DNA of 23,024 nt from Chloroflexota bacterium (lineage in GTDB: Bacteria; Chloroflexota; Anaerolineae; UBA1429). The stretch lies in the NCBI GenBank assembly GCA_021372475.1, contig JAJFUJ010000114.1, forward strand, positions 1 through 23,024, read 5' to 3'. This document shows positions 1 to 8,575 of this stretch, one piece after another (the stretch's first letter is position 1; every line of letters begins with the position of its first letter). Under the pieces are notes generated by a model. That model saw only the letters and a program-made list of their open reading frames with translations, was not told the DNA's origin and made no database searches. Made by a program: the position numbers and the translations under genes.

Positions 1-1
1 T

Positions 2-262
2 TCCATCTTTGTGGATAACATGGAGGCCGCGGTGGCTGAAGGATGTTCCTGGGGCTTTTACTGCCAAGGATATGGCAGCCAGTACCGCGACCGCTCGGAT
101 TGGACCAGCCATCCGCGTGAAACCAACTACAACCAGCTCTCTGGTTACCAAACGCTGCCGGTAAACTGGGGCATTAACACGCCCGATAAACGCACCTTCT
201 TCGGCCGCCTGGCGAAGATAACTTCAGGGGATTCCTCGCATCCGGATAATCTTCTAGTCTAG
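2..262 (+). CDS. 3' end (C-terminal ~87 aa) of a gene that starts upstream of the window; hypothetical, W/Y/G-rich.
   Basis: The frame is open from the first bases of the window to TAG at 260-262. There is no recognisable motif. It overlaps the convergent stop of the next gene by 9 nt. Confidence 0.3.
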   Translation, partial: SIFVDNMEAAVAEGCSWGFYCQGYGSQYRDRSDWTSHPRETNYNQLSGYQTLPVNWGINTPDKRTFFGRLAKITSGDSSHPDNLLV

Positions 263-2233
263 AGGTGTTACCGTCACCGACTCGCCTGTAATCTCCACAT
301 TGAAAATCGGTAGAGCATCGTCCTGAACTTGCTGGCCAGCTCTGTCAACTGCCCCTAATCGATTCCCGCCTGCAACAGGGTACAAACCGACTTTAACTAT
401 ATACTTGCCCGAAGCTAGGTTCTCTGGGAGGGGTAGTATCCTGTAATCTCGCCATACATCGCCTGCCTCCCATTGTATAGGTCGGGACATATCCCTCAGA
501 GGGTACCCATCAGATTGAGCAACGAGCTGCCCCTGCTCGTTATAAAGATGCAAAAAAACGGTAACATCCTGAGATACTTGCCTCAAGCAATACCAGCGAA
601 GCTCAATTTGAATTGAAAACTTTTCGATCTCCCCGGATACAAGAGTCAGAGCTATCTGATCGGCAAAGCTGCCCAAAACAGGAGATACTACAGCCTGCTT
701 AACCTGCTCAAGTTCACCTACATTCCGTACTTGGATATCCTTTGTTTTGTAACCGACCTGAATTACCTTCTGGGCTTCCCGTTCAAGAGCTTGTATACTA
801 TCAAGTGATTCCTGCTTGCCTACACCCACATAATGATACCGCCAACTATGTTGCACATCAGGTAGAATCACGGCTTGTATATTCCGTTCCTCACCAGTCT
901 GCAACCACATCAAGTCCGTTAATGTGCTATAGTCAGGGACGATGGTGATGCCCTCATGCCCTAACTCATATGTGTTGCTTAAGGGGGCTAACCAGGCAGG
1001 AAAGTTTACAACCAAGATCGGCTTTTCGTCATCAGATGCCGTAGCGCTCTCTAGCTCAGCTACTGCCAAACGCATCTGCTCGTACATCGCCTGTCTCTCT
1101 CTAATAAAAAGATAGCTTGAGAGCCCAGAGCCAAACACCAGTAGAGCAGCTAAAATAGCACCGGTTATCCTTCTTGGTTGTGAATGCCAGTATAACTCAA
1201 TCGGAGTCGCCCAAAAGATAGCAGCCCCTAGTGATGCTGAGTACAAGAGCCGTGGACCGTCTATCACATAGTTAAAATCTAGCAACAAGCAAGCCGGCGC
1301 AATGCTTAGAACAAACCACCCTATTGAGAGAATTAACAATCTACTTAAGCCTGCTCTCCAGACCAGAATGCACCAGATTACAGTGAATGGAAAAACCGTG
1401 AGTATGATTGCCTGAAGATCAGTGACCTTCATGACCCGTGCAACCAGAGTGGCCAATGGGGCTATGGGATAAGCAAGCCCCTGAACAAAGTATATTATGT
1501 TCTGCCAAATCCGTTGTAAATCAAAAATATTGATGGATTTGGTTTGCTTTGGCACTAGCAGCCATATAGTGAATCCCAGGAAAGCTGTAAGCCAAAATGG
1601 CCAGGTCCTCTGGAGTATAGTGCGCAATTTGGGAGGGTTTTTATCCGTATATAGCACCAATGTGAGTAGGCCGGGTAGTAATACACCTGTCTCATGAGCA
1701 AATGGAGCCATAAACGAGAGAATATACGAAAGAAAGAGAAGTGTTTTTGAATTGCGTTTATAAGCCTTAAGAAATAGTAGTATGGCTCCAAGCATTATAG
1801 CTAGTACCAACGGATGAGTAAGAGAACCAATAAAAGGAATATTTTGATATGAGAAAGGATATAATATAAAGAGAACAGCTACAGCTACGCCAAATAAATC
1901 CTTCCTATAACTAACGCACTCATGGGCTAGTTTATATACAAGGACTGCGTTCAATAAATGCAGGAAAATATTCACGGCATGAAGTAAGGGAGCATAATAA
2001 TTCTTACAAATTAATACCAAAGATTTCCAAATAATAAAAGGAAGCGGTCTGTAATAACCAGGGGTTTGTGCTGAAGTTAGTATTGATATCCAGTTATGGG
2101 TACTTAACCAACGAAATTGGGTTATATCATCAAAAAAGAACGGTAGTCTTATGGAAAAACCATAAGCTATCCAAGTAATCATAGCCAGGAACGCGATAAT
2201 GATAATGTTCCTGATAACTTTTTTATAATACAT
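254..2233 (-). CDS. Polytopic membrane protein, GT-C-fold glycosyltransferase-like (PMT/ArnT-like). The N-terminal ~420 aa are multi-TM and the C-terminal ~240 aa are soluble.
   Basis: 659 aa ORF. Many hydrophobic segments. Acidic DD motif in the first loop (LPFFFDDITQF) and a YYRPL motif, typical of GT-C family 39/83 enzymes. Hydrophilic C-terminal domain. Markedly AT-rich codon usage relative to its neighbours. Confidence 0.5.
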   Translation of the reverse strand: MYYKKVIRNIIIIAFLAMITWIAYGFSIRLPFFFDDITQFRWLSTHNWISILTSAQTPGYYRPLPFIIWKSLVLICKNYYAPLLHAVNIFLHLLNAVLVYKLAHECVSYRKDLFGVAVAVLFILYPFSYQNIPFIGSLTHPLVLAIMLGAILLFLKAYKRNSKTLLFLSYILSFMAPFAHETGVLLPGLLTLVLYTDKNPPKLRTILQRTWPFWLTAFLGFTIWLLVPKQTKSINIFDLQRIWQNIIYFVQGLAYPIAPLATLVARVMKVTDLQAIILTVFPFTVIWCILVWRAGLSRLLILSIGWFVLSIAPACLLLDFNYVIDGPRLLYSASLGAAIFWATPIELYWHSQPRRITGAILAALLVFGSGLSSYLFIRERQAMYEQMRLAVAELESATASDDEKPILVVNFPAWLAPLSNTYELGHEGITIVPDYSTLTDLMWLQTGEERNIQAVILPDVQHSWRYHYVGVGKQESLDSIQALEREAQKVIQVGYKTKDIQVRNVGELEQVKQAVVSPVLGSFADQIALTLVSGEIEKFSIQIELRWYCLRQVSQDVTVFLHLYNEQGQLVAQSDGYPLRDMSRPIQWEAGDVWRDYRILPLPENLASGKYIVKVGLYPVAGGNRLGAVDRAGQQVQDDALPIFNVEITGESVTVTPLD

Positions 2234-2248
2234 TAATATTCCGAATTA

Positions 2249-2842
2249 TTAAACAGTTACGATGGGTTTTAAAATGCGCATGGACTGCACTATATGTTTA
2301 TAGAGTGGCTCTATCTTAATGATCAACACACATGAAATCAACCGATCCAATCCCTGACGTATAAGGCTTCGCACGGCGATTGGATCTATCTGATATACGA
2401 TGATAACGGCTGCGATAAAGATGGCCCCTGCCAGGAATCTGGTGTAGCGACCGCGTGTGCGAATCAATAAGATGAGCGCGCACACGCCCAATAATGTAGG
2501 CATGACCACTTTTACATCGCCGAGCGGCACAGTTTGGCCAGCCACTATGGTGCTATCCGTTCCCAGGATTTTACTAAGGTCAAGGTTAATATCGAACCAG
2601 ATTAACACGATGCTACCGATAAGCAGCACCAACATCGCCCATGAGGCCCAGCGGGTGGTTTCTCCGGCGGTGCGGTACACTTCGTAGCCGACCAATGGCA
2701 GCATCAAGATTATTCCCCACACTATCTGGCCGCGTAGATAGCCAATGATAAGCCCTGCGGCTGCAATGAGGATGACAAAGACGCTTATCAGACCGGCATA
2801 TTTCCAAGGACGGGCGGCGTGCTGAGTGTGCCTGGTGCGCAT
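2249..2842 (-). CDS. Hypothetical integral membrane protein (~5 TM), likely co-transcribed with the downstream GT-C gene.
   Basis: 197 aa ORF with several hydrophobic helices. Its stop lies 15 nt before the start of the GT-C gene on the same strand. Confidence 0.45.
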   Translation of the reverse strand: MRTRHTQHAARPWKYAGLISVFVILIAAAGLIIGYLRGQIVWGIILMLPLVGYEVYRTAGETTRWASWAMLVLLIGSIVLIWFDINLDLSKILGTDSTIVAGQTVPLGDVKVVMPTLLGVCALILLIRTRGRYTRFLAGAIFIAAVIIVYQIDPIAVRSLIRQGLDRLISCVLIIKIEPLYKHIVQSMRILKPIVTV

Positions 2843-3031
2843 GCTTGCGGACTCCTTTGCTGGTACGACTAGTCAACCCAACCTGGCTTCCTCGAATAAT
2901 ACCCTCCAATACCTGTATTAGTAAACTATAACGATACTGTACCAACGAGTATTATAATGTCAAGAGAATATCGTGCTATACTATTTGCCTTGGCCATCGG
3001 TTCAAAATATAGAGTTGATTGAGGGGAACAC
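2843..3031. promoter_or_regulatory. AT-rich divergent intergenic region between the membrane-protein operon (minus) and the URO-D-family gene (plus).
   Basis: 189 bp with several TATAAT-like hexamers (tattataat near 2950). One plus-strand candidate is TTGCCT (2985-2990), 17 nt spacer, TATAGA (3008-3013). RBS GAGGGG lies 6 nt before the ATG at 3032. Confidence 0.3.
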
Positions 3032-4039
3032 ATGCCATCAATGCCCTCTGCATTAAGCTCGCGTGAGCGCGTGCGTCGTGCACTGCATTTTCAGACGCCA
3101 GACCGCATTCCGCTTGTCTTTCGGACAACTATTGAACACTCAGACATCATCAACACCGGCTACGGCGTTCCTACCGGCTGGCAGCCAGCCCAACCCGGCC
3201 TCGACGAATGGGGACGGCTTTGGTCAAATGTCATCGGTACTGGCATCGGGCAGATTATACAGGAGCCTTTAACGGGTCCGAGCCTAGCCGGCTATGAGCT
3301 ACCGAACCCACATATTGCCAGCCGCTATATAGGGGTCGAAAAGGCGGTTGCTAACTATCCGGATCGGTACATTGCCGCGTCGCTCGGGCTATCCGGGTTC
3401 ACGTGCATGATGGGTTTACGCGGTTATGAATCGCTGATGTGCGATTTGCTTACGGAGCCAGCCTTTATCGAACGCCTGGCGGACGCAGTGTTCGGTTTCG
3501 AAGCTGCTGTCATCGCCAACTATGCGCAGCGCGGGGTGAACGGCGTATGGTTATTTGATGACCTGGGCACCGAAAGCGGGCCAATGTTCAGCCCTCAAAT
3601 CTTCCGCAGCGTCTTCCTGCCGCGTTATACTGAGCAGGCGCGCCTGGCACATGCCCTGGGAATGGACTACCTGCTGCACTCGTGCGGCAATATATGGGAG
3701 CTGCTCCCCGACTTGGTTGCTGCTGGCTTTGATTTGCTAAACCTTGAACAGCCCCTCGTCTTCAGTACGCCGGAACTGAATGGTATTGATCGCCTAGCTG
3801 CACGCTGGGGTGGACGTATCTGTCTGTGTACCAACGTGGATTCACAACGCACCCTGATTAACGGGCCTCTCGCTGCAATCAGCGCTGAAGCAGAGCACCT
3901 GGTACACGCGCTTGGGCGGCCGGCGGGCGGTTTGATACTGCTGGCCGATTGCGGCGCGGATCACCATCTCGCTCCTGTTGAACATCTGGCGGCGCAAAGT
4001 AACGCATTCTTGCAGTTGGCGGCCGTCTTTCAAACGTAA
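3032..4039 (+). CDS. Uroporphyrinogen decarboxylase (URO-D) family protein, closest in pattern to the MtaA/CmuA-like methyltransferase branch.
   Basis: 335 aa. N-terminal RERVRRALHFQTPDRIP matches the URO-D family N-terminus (ERxLxALxxExxDRxP). C-terminal LHSCGN...LPDLVAAGFDLLNLEQ matches the HxCG...G.D motif of the family. Lacks the QAGRY motif of bona fide HemE. Confidence 0.6.
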   Translation: MPSMPSALSSRERVRRALHFQTPDRIPLVFRTTIEHSDIINTGYGVPTGWQPAQPGLDEWGRLWSNVIGTGIGQIIQEPLTGPSLAGYELPNPHIASRYIGVEKAVANYPDRYIAASLGLSGFTCMMGLRGYESLMCDLLTEPAFIERLADAVFGFEAAVIANYAQRGVNGVWLFDDLGTESGPMFSPQIFRSVFLPRYTEQARLAHALGMDYLLHSCGNIWELLPDLVAAGFDLLNLEQPLVFSTPELNGIDRLAARWGGRICLCTNVDSQRTLINGPLAAISAEAEHLVHALGRPAGGLILLADCGADHHLAPVEHLAAQSNAFLQLAAVFQT

Positions 4040-4399
4040 GCGCTCGGCTCAATCCTGTAGGATAGCGAAGAGGTACCTTTTGCCTCACATACCTCAATAA
4101 TCGCAAGGCTCTAGATGCGAATACTTTACGCTCCCATGCCGTAACCAGGATGTGCTCAGCATTTTGCCGCGTGGGGCTATCGTCGAGGTTTGAGCCTGTG
4201 CAAGCGGCAATGGAATAAAAAGTACCTAAGCCTACGTCGAGTTCGTCCATTGATGTGTGGGTGTTCGAGACCGGCGTATGCTGCTGCAGATGATCCGTCA
4301 GCGCCGAATTCATTATGTAAAAGTAGGTAAATGGGCTCGTATATCCTGTTAGTCCATTTACTTTTTCAAAGCGCAACTCTCTGATATTCATACGAAATC

Positions 4400-4436
4400 T
4401 GCATCAAACGGTAAAATCAGGCGTATAATATAGGGT
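4400..4436 (+). promoter_or_regulatory. Candidate sigma70-type promoter for the flotillin-like gene, with a TATAAT -10 box at 4424-4429.
   Basis: A perfect TATAAT lies ~35 nt upstream of the ATG at 4465, followed by the SD GAAAGGAG (4452-4459). The -35 is weak (gcatca). Confidence 0.3.
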
Positions 4437-4464
4437 GTTGATGTATCGAGAAAGGAGCTACGTT

Positions 4465-6501
4465 ATGAACCCAGCCACTATTTGGTACATTGTGCTTGGT
4501 GTCGTCGTGCTCTGGTTGATAGCTTCGACCGTGCGTTTCATCCCCAACAACCGCATTGGGGTGGTAGAGAAACGTTTTGCCGGGCGAGGCTCTGTCAAGT
4601 CGGGATTTATTGCGCTGCACGGCGAGGCTGGTTATCAGCCCGATATCCTGCGCGGCGGTCTGCACCTCCTCATGCCTTTTCAATATCGTGTGCAGATCAT
4701 GCAGTTGATAACAATTCCGCAGGGCAGTATCGGCTATGTGTTTGCCCGCGACGGTGAACCACTGGAGCCCGGGCAGGCCCTTGGGCATGTAGTGCAGTGT
4801 AACAACTTTCAGGATGTGCGTGCTTTTCTGCAAAACGGCGGACAACGCGGACCGCAACGCAGCATCCTGCGTGAAGGTACCTATGCCATCAATCTGGCCC
4901 AGTTCGCAGTGATCACTCAGGACGGCGTTAACACACTGCAGCTTGAACATGGGGAAGCCATTACCTTCAGCCGTATGGCCGAGATCATCGAGGAGCGTGG
5001 TGGATTCAAACCGATCATCATCCGCGGCTCGGATGACGTGGTTGGCATCATCACCGTTCACGACGGCCCTTCGCTGCCACAGGGCGCCATAATCGCACCG
5101 ACGGTCGGCGACCAAGTAGGCGAGCCGGATACTTATCACAATAACTTTCAGGATCCTGAAGCGTTTCTGCGCGCCGGCGGTCTGCGCGGACGCCAGTATC
5201 AGGTGATTGTCGAAGGCACCTACTATATCAACCGGCTGTTTGCCACGGTTGAACTGATCCCCAAAACAATCATCGATGTCGGCTGGGTCGGCGTGGTGGT
5301 ATCGTATACCGGCGAGGCCGGGCGTGACCTCTCGGGTGAGGACTATAAGCATGGCGAGCTGGTGCTGCAGGGCGAGAGGGGCGTCTGGAACCTGCCGCTT
5401 ATGCCCGGCAAATACGCCTTCAACACATATGCCGGTAAGGTTATTGCCGTCCCAACGACCAACTTTATCTTAAAGTGGGTGCGGGCTGAACAGGGCGTGC
5501 ATGGCTATGACGCGAACCTGGCTGAGGTGAATCTGATTACCAAAGACGCCTTTGAGCCGGAACTGCCGCTTTCCGTGGTGGTGCACATCGATTACCGCAA
5601 AGCGCCGCTGGTGATTCAACGCTTTGGCGATATCAAACGCCTGGTAGAACAGACGCTCGACCCGATGGTAGCCGCCTATTTCAAAAACATCGCCCAAACG
5701 CGCACGCTCATTCAATTGATTCAGGAGCGCGGCGAGATCCAACGTATCGCTTCATCTGAGATGAAGGAAAAGTTCCTGCACTATAACCTGGAATTGGAAG
5801 AGGTGCTAATTGGCACACCGCTAGCACACGAGGGTGATAAGAATATCGAGACCATCCTCACTCAACTGCGTTCGCGCCAGATAGCCGAAGAGCAAGTGCA
5901 GACTTATGCCCAGCAGGAAAAGGCGGCTTTCAAGGAGCGCGAGCTGCGCGAGGTTGAGGCGCGCGCGCGCCAGCAGCAAGCGCTGACCGAATCGGAAATC
6001 GGCATCAGCATTCAATCGAACCAGGGTAAGGCTGAATATCAGCGCGCCATCCAACAGGCTGCGCAGATTCGTACGCTAGCTGAAGCTGAGGCCGAAAAGG
6101 TGGCTCGCGTGGGTATCGGCCAGGCCCTGGCTATTCAGGAGCAAGTGGATGCCTACGGTGGACCACGTTATCAGGTAACACAAACGGTGATGAATCGCTT
6201 TGCTGAAGCCATCGAGAAAAGCCGGATTGAGATGGTGCCGCGTGTGCTGATCTCTAGCGGTAAGGAAGGCGGCGGTGGAGGCACTGGCTCCGTTTTGGAG
6301 GCATTGCTGACTATGCTATTGACCGAGCAGATGGGCGAGCCAATTACCGCCGAACGAGGAGCAAGTTCTTCGGAATATGCTCAAACGCTGAAAGAGCAAA
6401 TCCGCTCCAGCCTGGCCGCAAAAGCGCCGACTCAGCCGGATACCGGTAAACCGGATACAACCAGTATGCCGACTGCACAAGGCTCTACAAGCAACAAGTA
6501 G
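4465..6501 (+). CDS. Flotillin-like SPFH/band-7 family protein (YqiK/FloA-like) with an N-terminal TM anchor and a C-terminal coiled-coil flotillin region.
   Basis: Start chosen at the ATG at 4465 because of its GAAAGGAG SD; the ORF track begins at 4435. One N-terminal TM (IWYIVLGVVVLWLIA). NNRIGVVEKRF SPFH signature. E/A/Q-rich coiled-coil segment (EEQVQTYAQQEKAAFKERELREVEARARQQQAL...), then a Gly-rich and Pro/Thr-rich tail. Confidence 0.8.
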   Translation: MNPATIWYIVLGVVVLWLIASTVRFIPNNRIGVVEKRFAGRGSVKSGFIALHGEAGYQPDILRGGLHLLMPFQYRVQIMQLITIPQGSIGYVFARDGEPLEPGQALGHVVQCNNFQDVRAFLQNGGQRGPQRSILREGTYAINLAQFAVITQDGVNTLQLEHGEAITFSRMAEIIEERGGFKPIIIRGSDDVVGIITVHDGPSLPQGAIIAPTVGDQVGEPDTYHNNFQDPEAFLRAGGLRGRQYQVIVEGTYYINRLFATVELIPKTIIDVGWVGVVVSYTGEAGRDLSGEDYKHGELVLQGERGVWNLPLMPGKYAFNTYAGKVIAVPTTNFILKWVRAEQGVHGYDANLAEVNLITKDAFEPELPLSVVVHIDYRKAPLVIQRFGDIKRLVEQTLDPMVAAYFKNIAQTRTLIQLIQERGEIQRIASSEMKEKFLHYNLELEEVLIGTPLAHEGDKNIETILTQLRSRQIAEEQVQTYAQQEKAAFKERELREVEARARQQQALTESEIGISIQSNQGKAEYQRAIQQAAQIRTLAEAEAEKVARVGIGQALAIQEQVDAYGGPRYQVTQTVMNRFAEAIEKSRIEMVPRVLISSGKEGGGGGTGSVLEALLTMLLTEQMGEPITAERGASSSEYAQTLKEQIRSSLAAKAPTQPDTGKPDTTSMPTAQGSTSNK

Positions 6502-6512
6502 CATATCAAAAC

Positions 6513-6540
6513 AGAGGGGGGCATATTGAATGCCCCCTCT
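6513..6540. terminator. GC-rich hairpin between convergent genes, likely a rho-independent terminator, best fitted to the minus-strand GH gene.
   Basis: agaggggggcat (6513-6524) pairs with atgccccctct (6530-6540) around a 5 nt loop, with one G bulge. On the minus strand it is followed by GTTTTGATAT. The plus strand has no T-tract. Confidence 0.6.
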
Positions 6541-6556
6541 CACTAGGTAAATCTGG

Positions 6557-8551
6557 TTACGGTTGATTAGCCTCGTTGCAAATCTCGCAATCTCCACCGC
6601 AGCCGCAGCTATCGTCCTCCTGCAGCTCAATTACCATGGCGCTGTGTAAAGTGACAGAGCCGATGGTGGCGTCCAGCACACCGTTTTGCCAATCCCAGTC
6701 GAACGGCGCATCCTCGAACATCAGCTCTACAGTGCTCGGCTCTGCACACTGGATAGTCACCTTTATTGGTCCGGAGGGCTGCTCAGCCTTGTTCAGCAGA
6801 TGAACCTGCAGCTCATCCTCCGTGGCGCGCAGCACCGCATCGACAGAGGCCGGCGCATCCGCGCGCACGGTAAAGGGAGGATTCAAGGCTGCGATTAGGT
6901 CACTTATAAAGGCACGCAGCAGCGGACGGCGCTCCTTGTCATACATTCGGAAGACATCGCCGGGGATGTACCCCACCTTGCCCGAACCGTACCCGTGCAC
7001 CACGGCAGCGGCATAAGGCAGCACGCGATCATCCACCAAAGGAGAGGTCATCAGTTGGGCCAGCATCCGGCTGGTAGTCGGCGCGATGTGGCGCCAACGC
7101 GCGCTCCAAACCGCCAGGGTTTGTCCCCTCGCAGGCAGGAAATATACATGGTCCCGCACTTCCCCCTTGGCCTCCACGCCAAGAAAATCGCTGCCAAAGC
7201 GTTCAAGCATTCCGGCGCCGCTCAAGATCAAACGGCCCCCGTACTGAACATAGCGTTTGAGCGTTTCCACCATTTGGTCGGACAGGCGCTCCTGCTCCGG
7301 CACAACTACCAGTTGATAATCATCGATATCGGGCGTCAGAGCCCATTCATCGAGGATATCGGTGCAGTAGGATTGATCTAGCAGGTTATACAACGCCCCG
7401 CGCAGAGGGGCGATATCAAAGCTGAACAAATCCTTGACGGGCTGCGAGCGCAGATGGTACTCGGAATCGAGCACGGCTACCTGGTGGAACGGCTCGGTAT
7501 CCTGCACAAGGGCACGCCGGGGAGCCAGGAATTCGCCTAGCTGGCCAAGAACCTGCATACGCCAGGGAACGAGCCGCGCATCGCGCAGCGATGCGGGGTT
7601 TTCGTACACCTGGAAATTACCGCCCTGGCAGATAACCTGGACGCCTTGGCGTTCCATTTCCTCAAGGGTTCGCCAGTTGTAGGGATTGGGGTTTGGCTCA
7701 TACTGCCCGCTCGGGTGGCGGTCGAACGCCCAAATCATCACATCCCAGGGTTTGCCGCGCGTGCTCATGAAGCGCGCTTCCTGACGAACATCATCCAGGT
7801 CGCGCCAGACATCGGCGGATAACCAATCCGTGTTGACTATCGGTTCGCCCGGATCGCGCAGGGTATTGGAATAGTCGCAGGTAAACAATACTTCAGGATA
7901 CCTGGCGCGTACCGCCTCGATATAGTGATTGGTAAAGGCAATCACGCTGTCGCGTTGAAAGTTAACCCAGGCGGGCCAATCGGGGTCATTTGCGTCGGTC
8001 GAAGGCTCTTTACCGGTGGCTTGCTTATACGCGGCTGTACAGCGCTCGCAATAGCAAAACTGAAAAGCCCAGCTTTCGCCGTCAACCCAGAAGCCGTCGA
8101 CGCCGTACCGCTCGACAGCTTCGAGCATCTGTGGGATGACCAACTCATCGATATAACCGCTGCGCGGGCACAAGCGTTTGGTATTCTCCTGGTCCACCAG
8201 CTTGAGCTCAGCGCGCCATTCCGGATGCTTATCCCAGGCGGCCTGATCCCACAGGCTCATATAATGCGCATGCAGCGGAACGCCCAGCAGGTCGGTCGCG
8301 GCCCGCCAGGTACGCAGTGCATCGCCTACGAGGCCTGGAGCCACGGATGCATTCGGCACCTTGCTGAACCAGCTTGTCAGACCGGGGCCGCCTTTGCAAT
8401 CCGTCTGCACCCACTGCGGGTTCATCAGGCTGAGCGCAGCGGCCAGCTCGTGCGGGTCATCGTGCGCGCCCAGGTCAGTATCCCCCGCGCCAGCATGCAG
8501 GTCATAATGTAAACCAAACCATACCTGCGGCCCATACCATTTGCCACCCAT
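6557..8551 (-). CDS. Glycoside hydrolase, GH42-like (putative beta-galactosidase family, clan GH-A) with a Zn-type Cys cluster and a Cys-rich C-terminal tail.
   Basis: 664 aa. VDGFWVDGE followed by CYCERC (CxCx2C), plus a single Cys ~38 aa upstream (LCPRSGY). This resembles the GH42 acid/base and zinc site. The C-terminal half resembles the GH42 trimerisation (GATase-like) domain. SD AAGGAG lies 6-7 nt before the ATG at 8551. Confidence 0.5.
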   Translation of the reverse strand: MGGKWYGPQVWFGLHYDLHAGAGDTDLGAHDDPHELAAALSLMNPQWVQTDCKGGPGLTSWFSKVPNASVAPGLVGDALRTWRAATDLLGVPLHAHYMSLWDQAAWDKHPEWRAELKLVDQENTKRLCPRSGYIDELVIPQMLEAVERYGVDGFWVDGESWAFQFCYCERCTAAYKQATGKEPSTDANDPDWPAWVNFQRDSVIAFTNHYIEAVRARYPEVLFTCDYSNTLRDPGEPIVNTDWLSADVWRDLDDVRQEARFMSTRGKPWDVMIWAFDRHPSGQYEPNPNPYNWRTLEEMERQGVQVICQGGNFQVYENPASLRDARLVPWRMQVLGQLGEFLAPRRALVQDTEPFHQVAVLDSEYHLRSQPVKDLFSFDIAPLRGALYNLLDQSYCTDILDEWALTPDIDDYQLVVVPEQERLSDQMVETLKRYVQYGGRLILSGAGMLERFGSDFLGVEAKGEVRDHVYFLPARGQTLAVWSARWRHIAPTTSRMLAQLMTSPLVDDRVLPYAAAVVHGYGSGKVGYIPGDVFRMYDKERRPLLRAFISDLIAALNPPFTVRADAPASVDAVLRATEDELQVHLLNKAEQPSGPIKVTIQCAEPSTVELMFEDAPFDWDWQNGVLDATIGSVTLHSAMVIELQEDDSCGCGGDCEICNEANQP

Positions 8552-8575
8552 ATACAGCTCCTTTGTTTAGTAAAT

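Noticed and set aside
4417-5352. 311-aa minus-strand ORF antisense to the flotillin-like gene
   Set aside because: Entirely contained in a well-supported coding region on the other strand. No SD or motifs. Shadow ORF.
7925-8512. 195-aa plus-strand ORF, and the 128-aa ORF at 6995-7381, antisense to the GH42-like gene
   Set aside because: Antisense shadow ORFs within a gene that has clear catalytic-site motifs.
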